Source: a virus
Taxonomy: Duplodnaviria > Caudoviricetes
Direction: 5' to 3' (one strand)
Virus record (IMG/VR): IMGVR_UViG_3300028045_000002
Coordinates: 1 to 53,509 of that record
DNA length: 53,509 nucleotides
In this document: positions 25,925 through 34,200 of the stretch, piece after piece
Layout of the letters: the number at the start of each line of letters is the position of its first letter
Position numbering within the stretch: position 1 is the stretch's first letter
Notes under the pieces: generated by a model
The model's input: only the letters and a program-made list of their open reading frames with translations
Databases searched by the model: none
What the model was told of the DNA's origin: nothing
Program-made: the position numbers and the translations under genes

Positions 25925-26800
25925 ATGAACATGATGACAATGGAAGAGATTACGGGCGCAACGCCCGGATCTTTGCCATGGGACTTTGAGGTTGCAAAAA
26001 GGCAGATGGTTCTTGCCGATGGTCAGCCAACAGAAAGATTTGCCATCACAAGAAAAGATAGTGGCCACATTCTGGGCTACAGCACAGGTCAATATCAGCC
26101 GATATCGTATCAAAAGCTGATCAGTCCCATTTTGGGATGGCTTGAGAACAACACCGGCAATGTCAGCGTCCGATTCGCCCAGAAGGGTGAAGGGCAACAC
26201 GCCAGCTGGGAAGTCCTCTTTGGCGACGACTATCCAATCAAGGAAGGTATTCTGGGGCAAGCAGTGCGGCGTAGCATCGTTGTTCAGTCGAGCCATGATC
26301 TTAGTCGAGGGGTCTGGACAAATGGTTCGTGGCACAACCTAGCCTGCCTGAACGGAATGGTAACACCCGGAGCGGAGTTCAAGATCCATTCTCGGCATTC
26401 AGGGGCTTTTGATGAAACGGTTTATGCCGAACAGGTCAATGTCATGCTTGAAGCTTTGGCAGCCGATGATGACAACGCCATTGAAGAGTGGCGCAACTGG
26501 GCTGAGACAACAGCATGTCAGACATCGTTCTATGACATCTACAAAGAAGTCAAGGCAACCAAGGGGACAACGTACACTGCCAAATACAAGCAGCAGGCAG
26601 CCGTAAGGATGTTGCAGTTGGCTGGAGAAGGTGCAGACTATTGGCAGACGCTGAATGCTTTGACCGACAGACACATGGACAAGATGGATGATAGCTTTGC
26701 CATGATCAAAGCAAGTGCTAGAAGTATGAACATCATCAGGGCTGAGTTTGAAAACATTGCTGGATCAGATGAAGCCGCAACTTTCGTTGATGAAGGGTAG
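25925..26800 (+). CDS. DUF932 (phage/plasmid TIGR03299-like) protein
   Basis: WDFEV..AITRKDSGHILG..YQPI, SHDLS, LACLNG, RHSG and WQTLNALT; AAGGAG RBS. Confidence 0.8.
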   Translation: MNMMTMEEITGATPGSLPWDFEVAKRQMVLADGQPTERFAITRKDSGHILGYSTGQYQPISYQKLISPILGWLENNTGNVSVRFAQKGEGQHASWEVLFGDDYPIKEGILGQAVRRSIVVQSSHDLSRGVWTNGSWHNLACLNGMVTPGAEFKIHSRHSGAFDETVYAEQVNVMLEALAADDDNAIEEWRNWAETTACQTSFYDIYKEVKATKGTTYTAKYKQQAAVRMLQLAGEGADYWQTLNALTDRHMDKMDDSFAMIKASARSMNIIRAEFENIAGSDEAATFVDEG

Positions 26801-26873
26801 CTGAATTCGGGGGTGCAGGTGTCTTCAAATAGAAGAGCCTCCTAGCAGCACCTGTACCCCCACTTGGAGGACC

Positions 26874-27119
26874 ATGGAAGACGAAAGACTGCCAGTAGCC
26901 TTTCTAGAAATCAGGCTTCTCGACCAAAAGGGAGAATCACTGATGAAGAAGAAGTTTAGATCAAGAAGGGGCGTAACATATGTCTCTAGGGCTGGAGCTT
27001 TAGCCACGCTGAATGACTCAACACGATGGCTTATCTCTAGATTTAGAGAGATACGAGATGCCGAAGAAGTAGAAGCTTACGCTCTTGAAAACCAAGCGGA
27101 CCTTTTCAATGGAGATTGA
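26874..27119 (+). CDS. Hypothetical protein
   Basis: GGGAGG RBS. Confidence 0.65.
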   Translation: MEDERLPVAFLEIRLLDQKGESLMKKKFRSRRGVTYVSRAGALATLNDSTRWLISRFREIRDAEEVEAYALENQADLFNGD

Positions 27120-27447
27120 AAACAACTTGGCAAAGATCTATGATGAAGTCATGGGTCTTTTAGAACAAGGAGCGTCAGTAGCGTGTGTTCTGGTGCCAGT
27201 CTCTTTAAGCACCAGCAACAAGGGAGCCATTGCAAAATTTGCAGGGTTTCCAGCAAGACTCGCAGATAATGCGGGGGCAATAGTATTGCTTAAAAACCAT
27301 GAGTTCAATAATAAGATCAGGGATCTGAGTCTACAGACCGGCAAATCAGAATCTGAGTTGAAGGAGTTTTACGCCGATCCCAATACTCGGAGAGTGAAAG
27401 CTGTTTTCTTTGATCTTAACGGGGGGACCAATGACAAGAGCGATTAG
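27109..27447 (+). CDS. Hypothetical protein, 112 aa
   Basis: ATG 27109 overlaps the upstream stop region. Confidence 0.6.
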   Translation: MEIENNLAKIYDEVMGLLEQGASVACVLVPVSLSTSNKGAIAKFAGFPARLADNAGAIVLLKNHEFNNKIRDLSLQTGKSESELKEFYADPNTRRVKAVFFDLNGGTNDKSD

Positions 27448-27868
27448 AGGAATGCTGCCTATGGCAGAGCTGGAATTCAGGATAGACTGGTTGAAAAAGT
27501 TGAAGGGTGCTAATCTCAACAAAGGCATGCTTTCCAATGATCTTTGGGACATGGCCTGTAAAGAAACAGCAATCTATCCCAAGAGGTCTTGGAAGGCCGT
27601 TCAAAGGCAAGCTGCCAATAGGTGTGACTTCAGGATTTCTGGAATCAGAAAGCCACGCCTCAAAGATCCGAAACATCCTCATCATACCAAAGCAGTAAAA
27701 CGAGAGAATGGCGCTAGATCCATTGTGACAGCCCTGAAGCTGTGCGGAGTGGATCTGGAGGGATCCATCAAGCAGATCAAGTGGAAGGATCAGGGAGGCG
27801 CTGAACTCGTTACGGGGGATGGTAGAACCATCCTCATCTCTACGAGGGATTGGTGGTTGAAGGATTAA
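27431..27868 (+). CDS. Basic hypothetical protein, possibly DNA-binding
   Basis: GGGGGG RBS-like, ATG 27431; PKRSWKAVQRQA resembles an HTH recognition helix. Confidence 0.6.
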   Translation: MTRAIRGMLPMAELEFRIDWLKKLKGANLNKGMLSNDLWDMACKETAIYPKRSWKAVQRQAANRCDFRISGIRKPRLKDPKHPHHTKAVKRENGARSIVTALKLCGVDLEGSIKQIKWKDQGGAELVTGDGRTILISTRDWWLKD

Positions 27869-27911
27869 CTCAATGGGGAGGGCCGCCCCTCCCCGTCATT
27901 AAAGGAGGACT

Positions 27912-28244
27912 ATGTACTTGTGGACGGGATCGGTAGTGGCTTTTTTGAGAGATGAAAACATTGCAAAAACCTTTGCAATACCGGCAATCAAGGCAGGCAC
28001 AGCAGCTGGAGCAATGGTTGAAACCGAGAGCTATGTAAGAGAGATGCTCGGCTCTACTGTTTTCAGAATAGATGGCTTTGTTCTCAAACGGTGTCTGGTT
28101 AAAGAGATACAAACTGTATGTAGCTGCAACTGTGGAAACATTGTCCAATTGAGAAGGTCGGCTTACGGCGGAGATCAAGGAACGTGTAGCAGCTGTGGAA
28201 TGCTGATCACATTCCAAGAGGGAGCAAGAAATGAACAGGGGTAG
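27912..28244 (+). CDS. Protein with C-terminal zinc ribbon
   Basis: AAGGAGG RBS; CNCG..CSSCG. Confidence 0.7.
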   Translation: MYLWTGSVVAFLRDENIAKTFAIPAIKAGTAAGAMVETESYVREMLGSTVFRIDGFVLKRCLVKEIQTVCSCNCGNIVQLRRSAYGGDQGTCSSCGMLITFQEGARNEQG

Positions 28245-28803
28245 GGAGTCTCAGTTGCTGGCAGAGATCCTTGAACTCAGGAACTGGAAATCCGACTGTC
28301 ATGAAGTCCTGAGTTCAACGCTTGAAAACAATACAAAAGCTATGGCTGAGAACAATATCCTCAAAGGGGCGCTCAAGATGAAGAAGTGGGAAAAAGCTCT
28401 TTATTTCATGTCAGTGCTTTCAATGCCAACGGTGATAATTCTTTTACTGATTTTGCTTTTTGGCTCAGCGGGGTGTACGTCCGGTAATGACAGGGTAGGT
28501 TTTGGTACTGCCGACTCTGTCGTCACAAAATGTGAGCCGGTGGAGACTATCGCCCTGCTGAGCCTTTTGATACCGGGGGAGTGGGAAGAGCTTCCATCAT
28601 GGGCCGGATGCGAACCAATCTTTTCGATTGGTCAACCTTGGGGAGACTATCTCCCCGAGGGTGCGTGTCCGAGCCCTAACGGGCCACAGATCATCTACGA
28701 ATACACGCTACCGGGAGACTCGATTCCATGTGTGATTTTTGCGTGGAACGTGAGACTCAAGAAGCCCGGAAGACCTTGGCTATTAAGAACTGATTGGCCA
28801 TAA
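28231..28803 (+). CDS. Membrane/lipoprotein-like protein
   Basis: Coiled coil, TM helix ending in lipobox-like LFGSAGC, Cys/Pro/Trp-rich C-domain. Confidence 0.6.
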   Translation: MNRGRESQLLAEILELRNWKSDCHEVLSSTLENNTKAMAENNILKGALKMKKWEKALYFMSVLSMPTVIILLLILLFGSAGCTSGNDRVGFGTADSVVTKCEPVETIALLSLLIPGEWEELPSWAGCEPIFSIGQPWGDYLPEGACPSPNGPQIIYEYTLPGDSIPCVIFAWNVRLKKPGRPWLLRTDWP

Positions 28804-28811
28804 GGAGAACA

Positions 28812-28907
28812 ATGAAAGACACAGACTTAACTGAGGACCATGACCGGGCTTTAGACTTGGTGCGGGACCTGGAAAACTGGACACTGGCGGAGATGGAAGA
28901 TGAGTGA
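28812..28907 (+). CDS. 31-aa acidic peptide MKDTDLTEDHDRALDLVRDLENWTLAEMEDE
   Basis: TAAGGAG RBS; exactly fills the gap and overlaps the next start. Confidence 0.55.
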   Translation: MKDTDLTEDHDRALDLVRDLENWTLAEMEDE

Positions 28908-29361
28908 AAACATCTCAATAGATAAGGGCGGCACATGGATTGGAATACTTGGAGAAGACGAAGGGCGCAAACCGCTTGCCGATGCTACTGGCCACTCATA
29001 TCAGTGTGGTATCTGTGGAATGCAATATGTCACAAGCAAGCTGGCAAGAGACTGCTGTAGTCTCAACACTTTTAATCCATCAAAAGATCCAGCTCCAGAG
29101 CCGACACCGTTGACTGAGGAGCAGAAAAACCAAGTCAAGCCGCTAGTGGAGCAGGGATACACTTACAGTGAGGTCAGGAAGATGCTCGGCCTTGAGCCAA
29201 AGGTGACAAACGCATTGTTCACTATCGCAAAAAGAAAGATCATGAAAGAGCGGGGGATAACCTGCTCTGGCAACAAGTGGAGACAGTGGCAATCAAGACA
29301 GCGTAAGATTCTTCTCAACCTGAAAGAAGGCAAAAAATATGGGCCTAAACAAGAATCGTGA
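28900..29361 (+). CDS. Zn-finger plus HTH-like protein
   Basis: YQCGICG..ARDCC; LTEEQKNQVKPLVEQGYTYSEVRKMLGL HTH pattern. Confidence 0.65.
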   Translation: MSENISIDKGGTWIGILGEDEGRKPLADATGHSYQCGICGMQYVTSKLARDCCSLNTFNPSKDPAPEPTPLTEEQKNQVKPLVEQGYTYSEVRKMLGLEPKVTNALFTIAKRKIMKERGITCSGNKWRQWQSRQRKILLNLKEGKKYGPKQES

Positions 29362-29593
29362 TACAGTTTGGGAACCATGCTCAAGATGTGAAAGGAAGTT
29401 TAATCAGCTTGAAGACATAATCAGGGAGTTTGCTGCTGATTTTACAAGATACAAGAATCTTGTCGCAAAGAAGATGGCCGCCTATGAGCTAGAAATCGTA
29501 AGGCTTGATGGAAGCCTCAATGTTACGACACGAGACGGTTGTGACAAAGAAAGAATTCGACTCTTGAGGGCGGATGATATCAGAACGGGATAA
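29339..29593 (+). CDS. Hypothetical protein, last gene of the + arm
   Basis: Overlapping start; CSRC plus coiled coil; followed by a terminator. Confidence 0.6.
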   Translation: MGLNKNRDTVWEPCSRCERKFNQLEDIIREFAADFTRYKNLVAKKMAAYELEIVRLDGSLNVTTRDGCDKERIRLLRADDIRTG

Positions 29594-29616
29594 CCCAGCC
29601 AGTGAGCTGTATCCTG

Positions 29617-29651
29617 AAAGCAAGCCCCCAACTGGGGGCTTGCTTTTTTTT
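29617..29651 (+). terminator. Strong (probably bidirectional) terminator where the two arms converge
   Basis: AAAGCAAGCCCCCA-AC-TGGGGGCTTGCTTTTTTT between convergent genes. Confidence 0.85.
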
Positions 29652-29973
29652 AGTCTCGCTTGATTGAAAAAAATCTACCGCAACCACTACTGGCTGGAGA
29701 ATCAGGCGGGAAGTAGTCTTCAGGGTTACCCTCAACAACACTTACAGCATGTCCGGGCAGCCAGACAAGCACCCAGAGAGTGTCTTCACAGCACTCCCCA
29801 ACTCCGGGTTCAAGGGGATCGAGCGAGTAGATTGGACCAGTGGAATCAGCAGCATATTCTTCCCAAGTCGTTACTGGGGCTTGACTTGAGATCTCCCAAG
29901 CATCAAATGGAAGAAGACCTGCGGCCACACAAATCATGGCTACAGGCCAGTACTCCTCAATCATCACCCTCAT
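29650..29973 (-). CDS. Hypothetical acidic protein with N-terminal hydrophobic segment
   Basis: ATGA coupling to the upstream 33-aa ORF; ends at the terminator. Confidence 0.55.
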   Translation of the reverse strand: MRVMIEEYWPVAMICVAAGLLPFDAWEISSQAPVTTWEEYAADSTGPIYSLDPLEPGVGECCEDTLWVLVWLPGHAVSVVEGNPEDYFPPDSPASSGCGRFFSIKRD

Positions 29974-30071
29974 CGGGGTTTTTCACTTTTTTGCCCAGCT
30001 CTCTTTTTCCAAATCCATTTGAAGAGTTTCAAAAGATTAAGCCTCAACTTGAAGTTTTGATTGAGTTTCAT
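29970..30071 (-). CDS. 33-aa cationic amphipathic peptide MKLNQNFKLRLNLLKLFKWIWKKRAGQKSEKPR
   Basis: TAAGGAG RBS, ATG 30071; TGA overlaps the next ATG; below the ORF-track cutoff. Confidence 0.6.
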   Translation of the reverse strand: MKLNQNFKLRLNLLKLFKWIWKKRAGQKSEKPR

Positions 30072-30160
30072 TCACAGCTCCTTAAATGTCCCCAGAGGCG
30101 ATATCGGGTCAAGTGGTCCCGTGACACTACTAGAGTGGCCAAACCGCCTCTGGGGTCAAG

Positions 30161-30340
30161 CTATAAGGACTCCGAGTCAGCAGAGCTTTTCTTGATGAAG
30201 ATGGCAAAGTCTCCAGTATTGGTGCCAACAGCAATCGGCTTAAGCCTACTGACAAAAGTCCAGCCATCATCAAGAGCATCTTGAAACCTACCAGCAGTAT
30301 AAGCCATCGTATCAACATGAACCTTTTGAGCGTTCTCCAT
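30161..30340 (-). CDS. Hypothetical protein, 59 aa (MENAQKVHVDTMAYTAGRFQDALDDGWTFV...)
   Basis: ATG 10 nt after the upstream stop with a GGGGGG RBS-like run; preferred over track ORF 30130..30318. Confidence 0.6.
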   Translation of the reverse strand: MENAQKVHVDTMAYTAGRFQDALDDGWTFVSRLKPIAVGTNTGDFAIFIKKSSADSESL

Positions 30341-30349
30341 GTTGCCCCC

Positions 30350-30892
30350 CTATCGTACAGTTATGTATCCAAGATCAAGAACGTCTGATACCTGACCAGC
30401 ATTATCGACTACGTATATCCCAAAATACTGAGTCGTTCCAGTAGCGACAGCCCCACTGGCAGTTATACCTGTAGTTCCATCTCCAATGTATGCAGCGGCA
30501 GTGAATGGGGATCCAGTGAACTCAGTTCCAGCCTCATAGGCTGGAGTAGCACTTGAGCCATAGAAGATCCTTACCCTTTCAATGTCCCAGTTGAATGGAT
30601 TGTCCCAACCAATATCAACTTGTCCCGGAACGGTGCTTTCCAAGACTCCACTCTTGGCGGCACCGGGATAAGTTGGATCACTGGCAACCCCTTCTTGCTT
30701 GATTGTCGCCAAAACCATAACAGCATGAGTATTGTGTGCAGCAGTCATGCCAAGAATCGTTTGGATGCTCCAGCCAGCCTCCAAGAGTTCTCTGACATAC
30801 TGTTCAACTATAACTTGATCAGCCGCAGCGTAAGTGCCTGGAGTTGCAAGGATGCGAGTCTTCTCTACGACAGTGTATTGTACACCCATCAT
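30350..30892 (-). CDS. Fn3-like domain protein (possible virion decoration)
   Basis: VDIGWDNP..RVRIFYG..QYFGIYVVDNAGQVS; clearly similar to the repeat at ~1570-1800. Confidence 0.7.
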   Translation of the reverse strand: MMGVQYTVVEKTRILATPGTYAAADQVIVEQYVRELLEAGWSIQTILGMTAAHNTHAVMVLATIKQEGVASDPTYPGAAKSGVLESTVPGQVDIGWDNPFNWDIERVRIFYGSSATPAYEAGTEFTGSPFTAAAYIGDGTTGITASGAVATGTTQYFGIYVVDNAGQVSDVLDLGYITVR

Positions 30893-31282
30893 TCATTCCC
30901 CTTGGTAGTGCCAGAACTTCTGGCTGTTTCTGATATCGACATGGATCCATTCACGACTCTCTGTAGCGCCAACGCCGCCAAAGATAAGTCTCGCTTGCTC
31001 CAGTTCCCGGTCAGTAAAAACCCCACCAGAAATTTTCGAGATATCCGCCGCTTCCCCTTTGAGGTGACGACTTGTCCAGATGGGCTCTTCGCCCTTGTTG
31101 ATGTAGATCGCCGCCTGATAGGCTGGGCATCTACTTCCTCCACCTCTATTGATTCGCAGGGCTTCACCGCAAACCTCCCTGAAATCCTCCAACTTGTCAA
31201 GTAGTCCAACCTGCAAGTTGAAGACACCCTTACAGCATGGACATTGAAACTCATGCATTGAAAAGTTTTCACTCAATTTCAT
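30893..31282 (-). CDS. Endolysin, peptidase M15A (Peptidase_M15_3)
   Basis: LSENFSMHEFQCPCC, RC, SRHLKGEAADI and WIHVDIR Zn-binding motifs. Confidence 0.9.
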   Translation of the reverse strand: MKLSENFSMHEFQCPCCKGVFNLQVGLLDKLEDFREVCGEALRINRGGGSRCPAYQAAIYINKGEEPIWTSRHLKGEAADISKISGGVFTDRELEQARLIFGGVGATESREWIHVDIRNSQKFWHYQGE

Positions 31283-31289
31283 GTCAACC

Positions 31290-34200
31290 TCAATTCAAAG
31301 GATTGGCAAGACCGAACAAGAGCTTGGCAACTTCCTTTTTATCCTTGGCATCACGCAAGCCCTGAACTTTCTTCATGCCAGCATAGTCAGGACTGATGAG
31401 CATCTGCTTCAGAGCCTCAGCCTGTTGCCCCCTAGCAATCATCGGCAATGTCCTGAAAGCGTACCTCGACCCAGCCGAAGAGAACTTCTCTGCAAGCTTC
31501 CTCTCCTTCTCCTCAAGCGGAGTGTCCGCCCAAATCTTTGAACCAAAGAAGAACTGAGAAAGCCTGCTATCATTCTGGAGCTTATGGAAGCCCATCCATG
31601 CCATGATGTCCATCATATCACTGATAGCTGGACCACTCAGCTGCGAAGCAACTGGACGCTTATAGAAGGCCCTCTTGCGCTTCTCTTCATCATCAGAGAC
31701 AAAGTCTGCCATTCCCTGCACAATCGATATGGCTGTAGGCTCAAACCATCCACCCATATCAGCATTAAGAACACCTGAGACTACCTGAAGGAATGGAATC
31801 AATGCACCTAGCCTGATCATCCATGCAGCCTCAGGGACAACACCCTGACCAGCAAAGTGCTGACTATCACCAGAGAGACCGGCCTCTTCCCTGTACTCAG
31901 TCTTCTGCTCAGGTGTCATCTTTCGGGTAGCCTTGAAAGCTTTGTACTCATCCTTGGTTCTTCTGGCAAGCTCATTGCCACTCTCTGCCATATAGGTTCC
32001 AAAGATCACATCAAACAGCCTGAACTGGAAGATGAATCTACCCCAATTTGTACGGAACCACTCCGGTCTACCAGCTGTAGAGTAGTCTCCGTTTATGAAG
32101 ATCCTCGCATCATGGGCAATGTCGATCGCTTTTTTCTCAAGGAAGCCCTGATACTTTTTCTTCCAGTACCTGTCCGCAGGTTCAAGCGACCCCGGAGAAC
32201 CGCCAGTCTCTCCGTGCCACAAGTCCAGCTCCCTTTCGTGAACACCAAACCTTTGAAGATAGGCAAACCTATCGAACTGTTCCCCATTGCGGGAAGCGGC
32301 CAATTCACGAGCGGCCACGGTCTCGGGAAGATGCTCAAAGGCGGAACGAATCTCCTCATTTTCTCCAATTGACGACCTCGCTTGACTGAAGGCTGTCGAG
32401 AATGCCCACTTATGCAGACTCATTTCACTCATTGCAAGCATTCGAAGAGCTTGGCTCTTATCCACAAATGTGTCCATGCTCTTTATAAGCTTCTCTGTCC
32501 AATGGCGAGGCCTGACCCCTTGGAACAGCCCATCAAAGATAGAGTCTTCCTTGTGGAGCAAATAGGGAGCCGTAGACGGATCCCAATCAAGAGCCTCTGA
32601 ATGGAGGATGCGCTTACCCTCCTCAGTCTCCATCCATGCCTTACCCGCCATCATTGCAGACCAGCCAACCTTGGTGCCATGCATCAAAGCCTGAGTGCTG
32701 TTCTGGACGATAGTCTTGAGATTATACCCAATCTTTGCGAAGGCCTGCCAAGCCAAGATGGCGTTGGCGATATGTCTGCGTCTCTCCCCTTTTTCATCCA
32801 ATGAGTGAAAGAGGGAGTCTCTACGGTGGCGCTCAAAGAATTCACCGATAGTTGTAACAGCCTTGAGCCACTCTTTGCGCTTGGCAAACTCTCCACCAAC
32901 GTGGCCATTCAGGACACGCTTGGAGTTGTGGACCCAGTTCAAAACTCGTTCGTAATTGTGATTCATTCTGGAAACATAAGCCGCACTCTGAACCTGAGCC
33001 CCATAGGTCTCGATGCTCATGGTTGCTGACGGAGAAAACCTCCAGCTGAATTCACCCTCCATGCTTCTCGGAACACCAACACGACTCCTGATGGCTCCCA
33101 TTGGCGGGGCAATGTAGGGGGTGCCTTGATACTGGCCATACTCCTCATAATACTTGTCAGCATACTCCAAGAAGGTCGGCGGCTTCTTAAGGCTCCGATC
33201 ACGAGCGAATATGTGCTCCTGTTTTGCTGTCCACTGGCCCATGAGCCTCTCAAAGTCTGACAGCCTGCCAGTAACATCACCAACCAGCGTCTTATCACGC
33301 CAAGCCTCCTTGGCCAGCGAGCTGGTGTACACCGCACCGGGACGAACCCTGTGCATGTAGCCAACAGAGATGTTGCTTGCCCGAAGCTGCGGCATGTACT
33401 TTTCAATGAACTCGGTGATTTCCTTTTCGGACACACCAACATGCCTGAGCCTGTAACGAGTGTAGGCCACGTTGTGAGCGTGAGAGTCTTGCACTATCGG
33501 CCAAAGCTTTTCGTGCATCTCCGCAACTTCAACTGAGAGCTTCTCAAGCTTGCTCGCTGTATCAGCACCGAATGTATCGGTGATCTCCTTTATCGTCTGG
33601 GCCCTCTCAACCTTTGCCTCACGAGCAATAGCCTCGTCGATAGTCCCCTGCATTTCTCTGGCTTTGCCGTGAGCGACATCAACCAAGTCCTTGTCAACCA
33701 CGATGATTTCGGGTCTGTCCCCATCCTTTCGGCTGACAGAGATCCTGTAGGTATCCTTGCTTGCCTCCCCAAGGAGCTGACCTGAATAGATGCTCTCTCC
33801 ATCTCGATCAACAAAGATGACTCTGCTATGCTTCGGGAGCCTGTGGTGAACAGGGCTTGCATCAATCCCGAGCCGCTTAAGAGCCCTGAGCCTTGCCTTC
33901 TTGTCCCTGCCAAACAGCTCATCACGCACGACTGAGCCAGAGCCGGAGAGCCTCCCAAGGAACGTGTCAAGGGCTACGGCTGCAACTCCACCAGCCTCAG
34001 CGCTGGTGATGACCTCCTCAAGCTCAGTTATCCTTTCCCTGAGCTTCAAGTACCTATTCCACACATCTCGACTGGCAGGTATCTCTGGATTCTGCCCCTT
34101 CTGTAGCTGCTTGTAAGCCGTCCTGACCCTGTTGGGGGCATCGTGTGGCAACACCTTGCCTTCAACCTGACTCATCACCTGATTGCGCTGATTGACAGGA

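Noticed and set aside
30130-30318. 62-aa hydrophobic ORF as a holin
   Set aside because: The alternative frame 30161..30340 has the better start context and operon spacing; it cannot be fully excluded.
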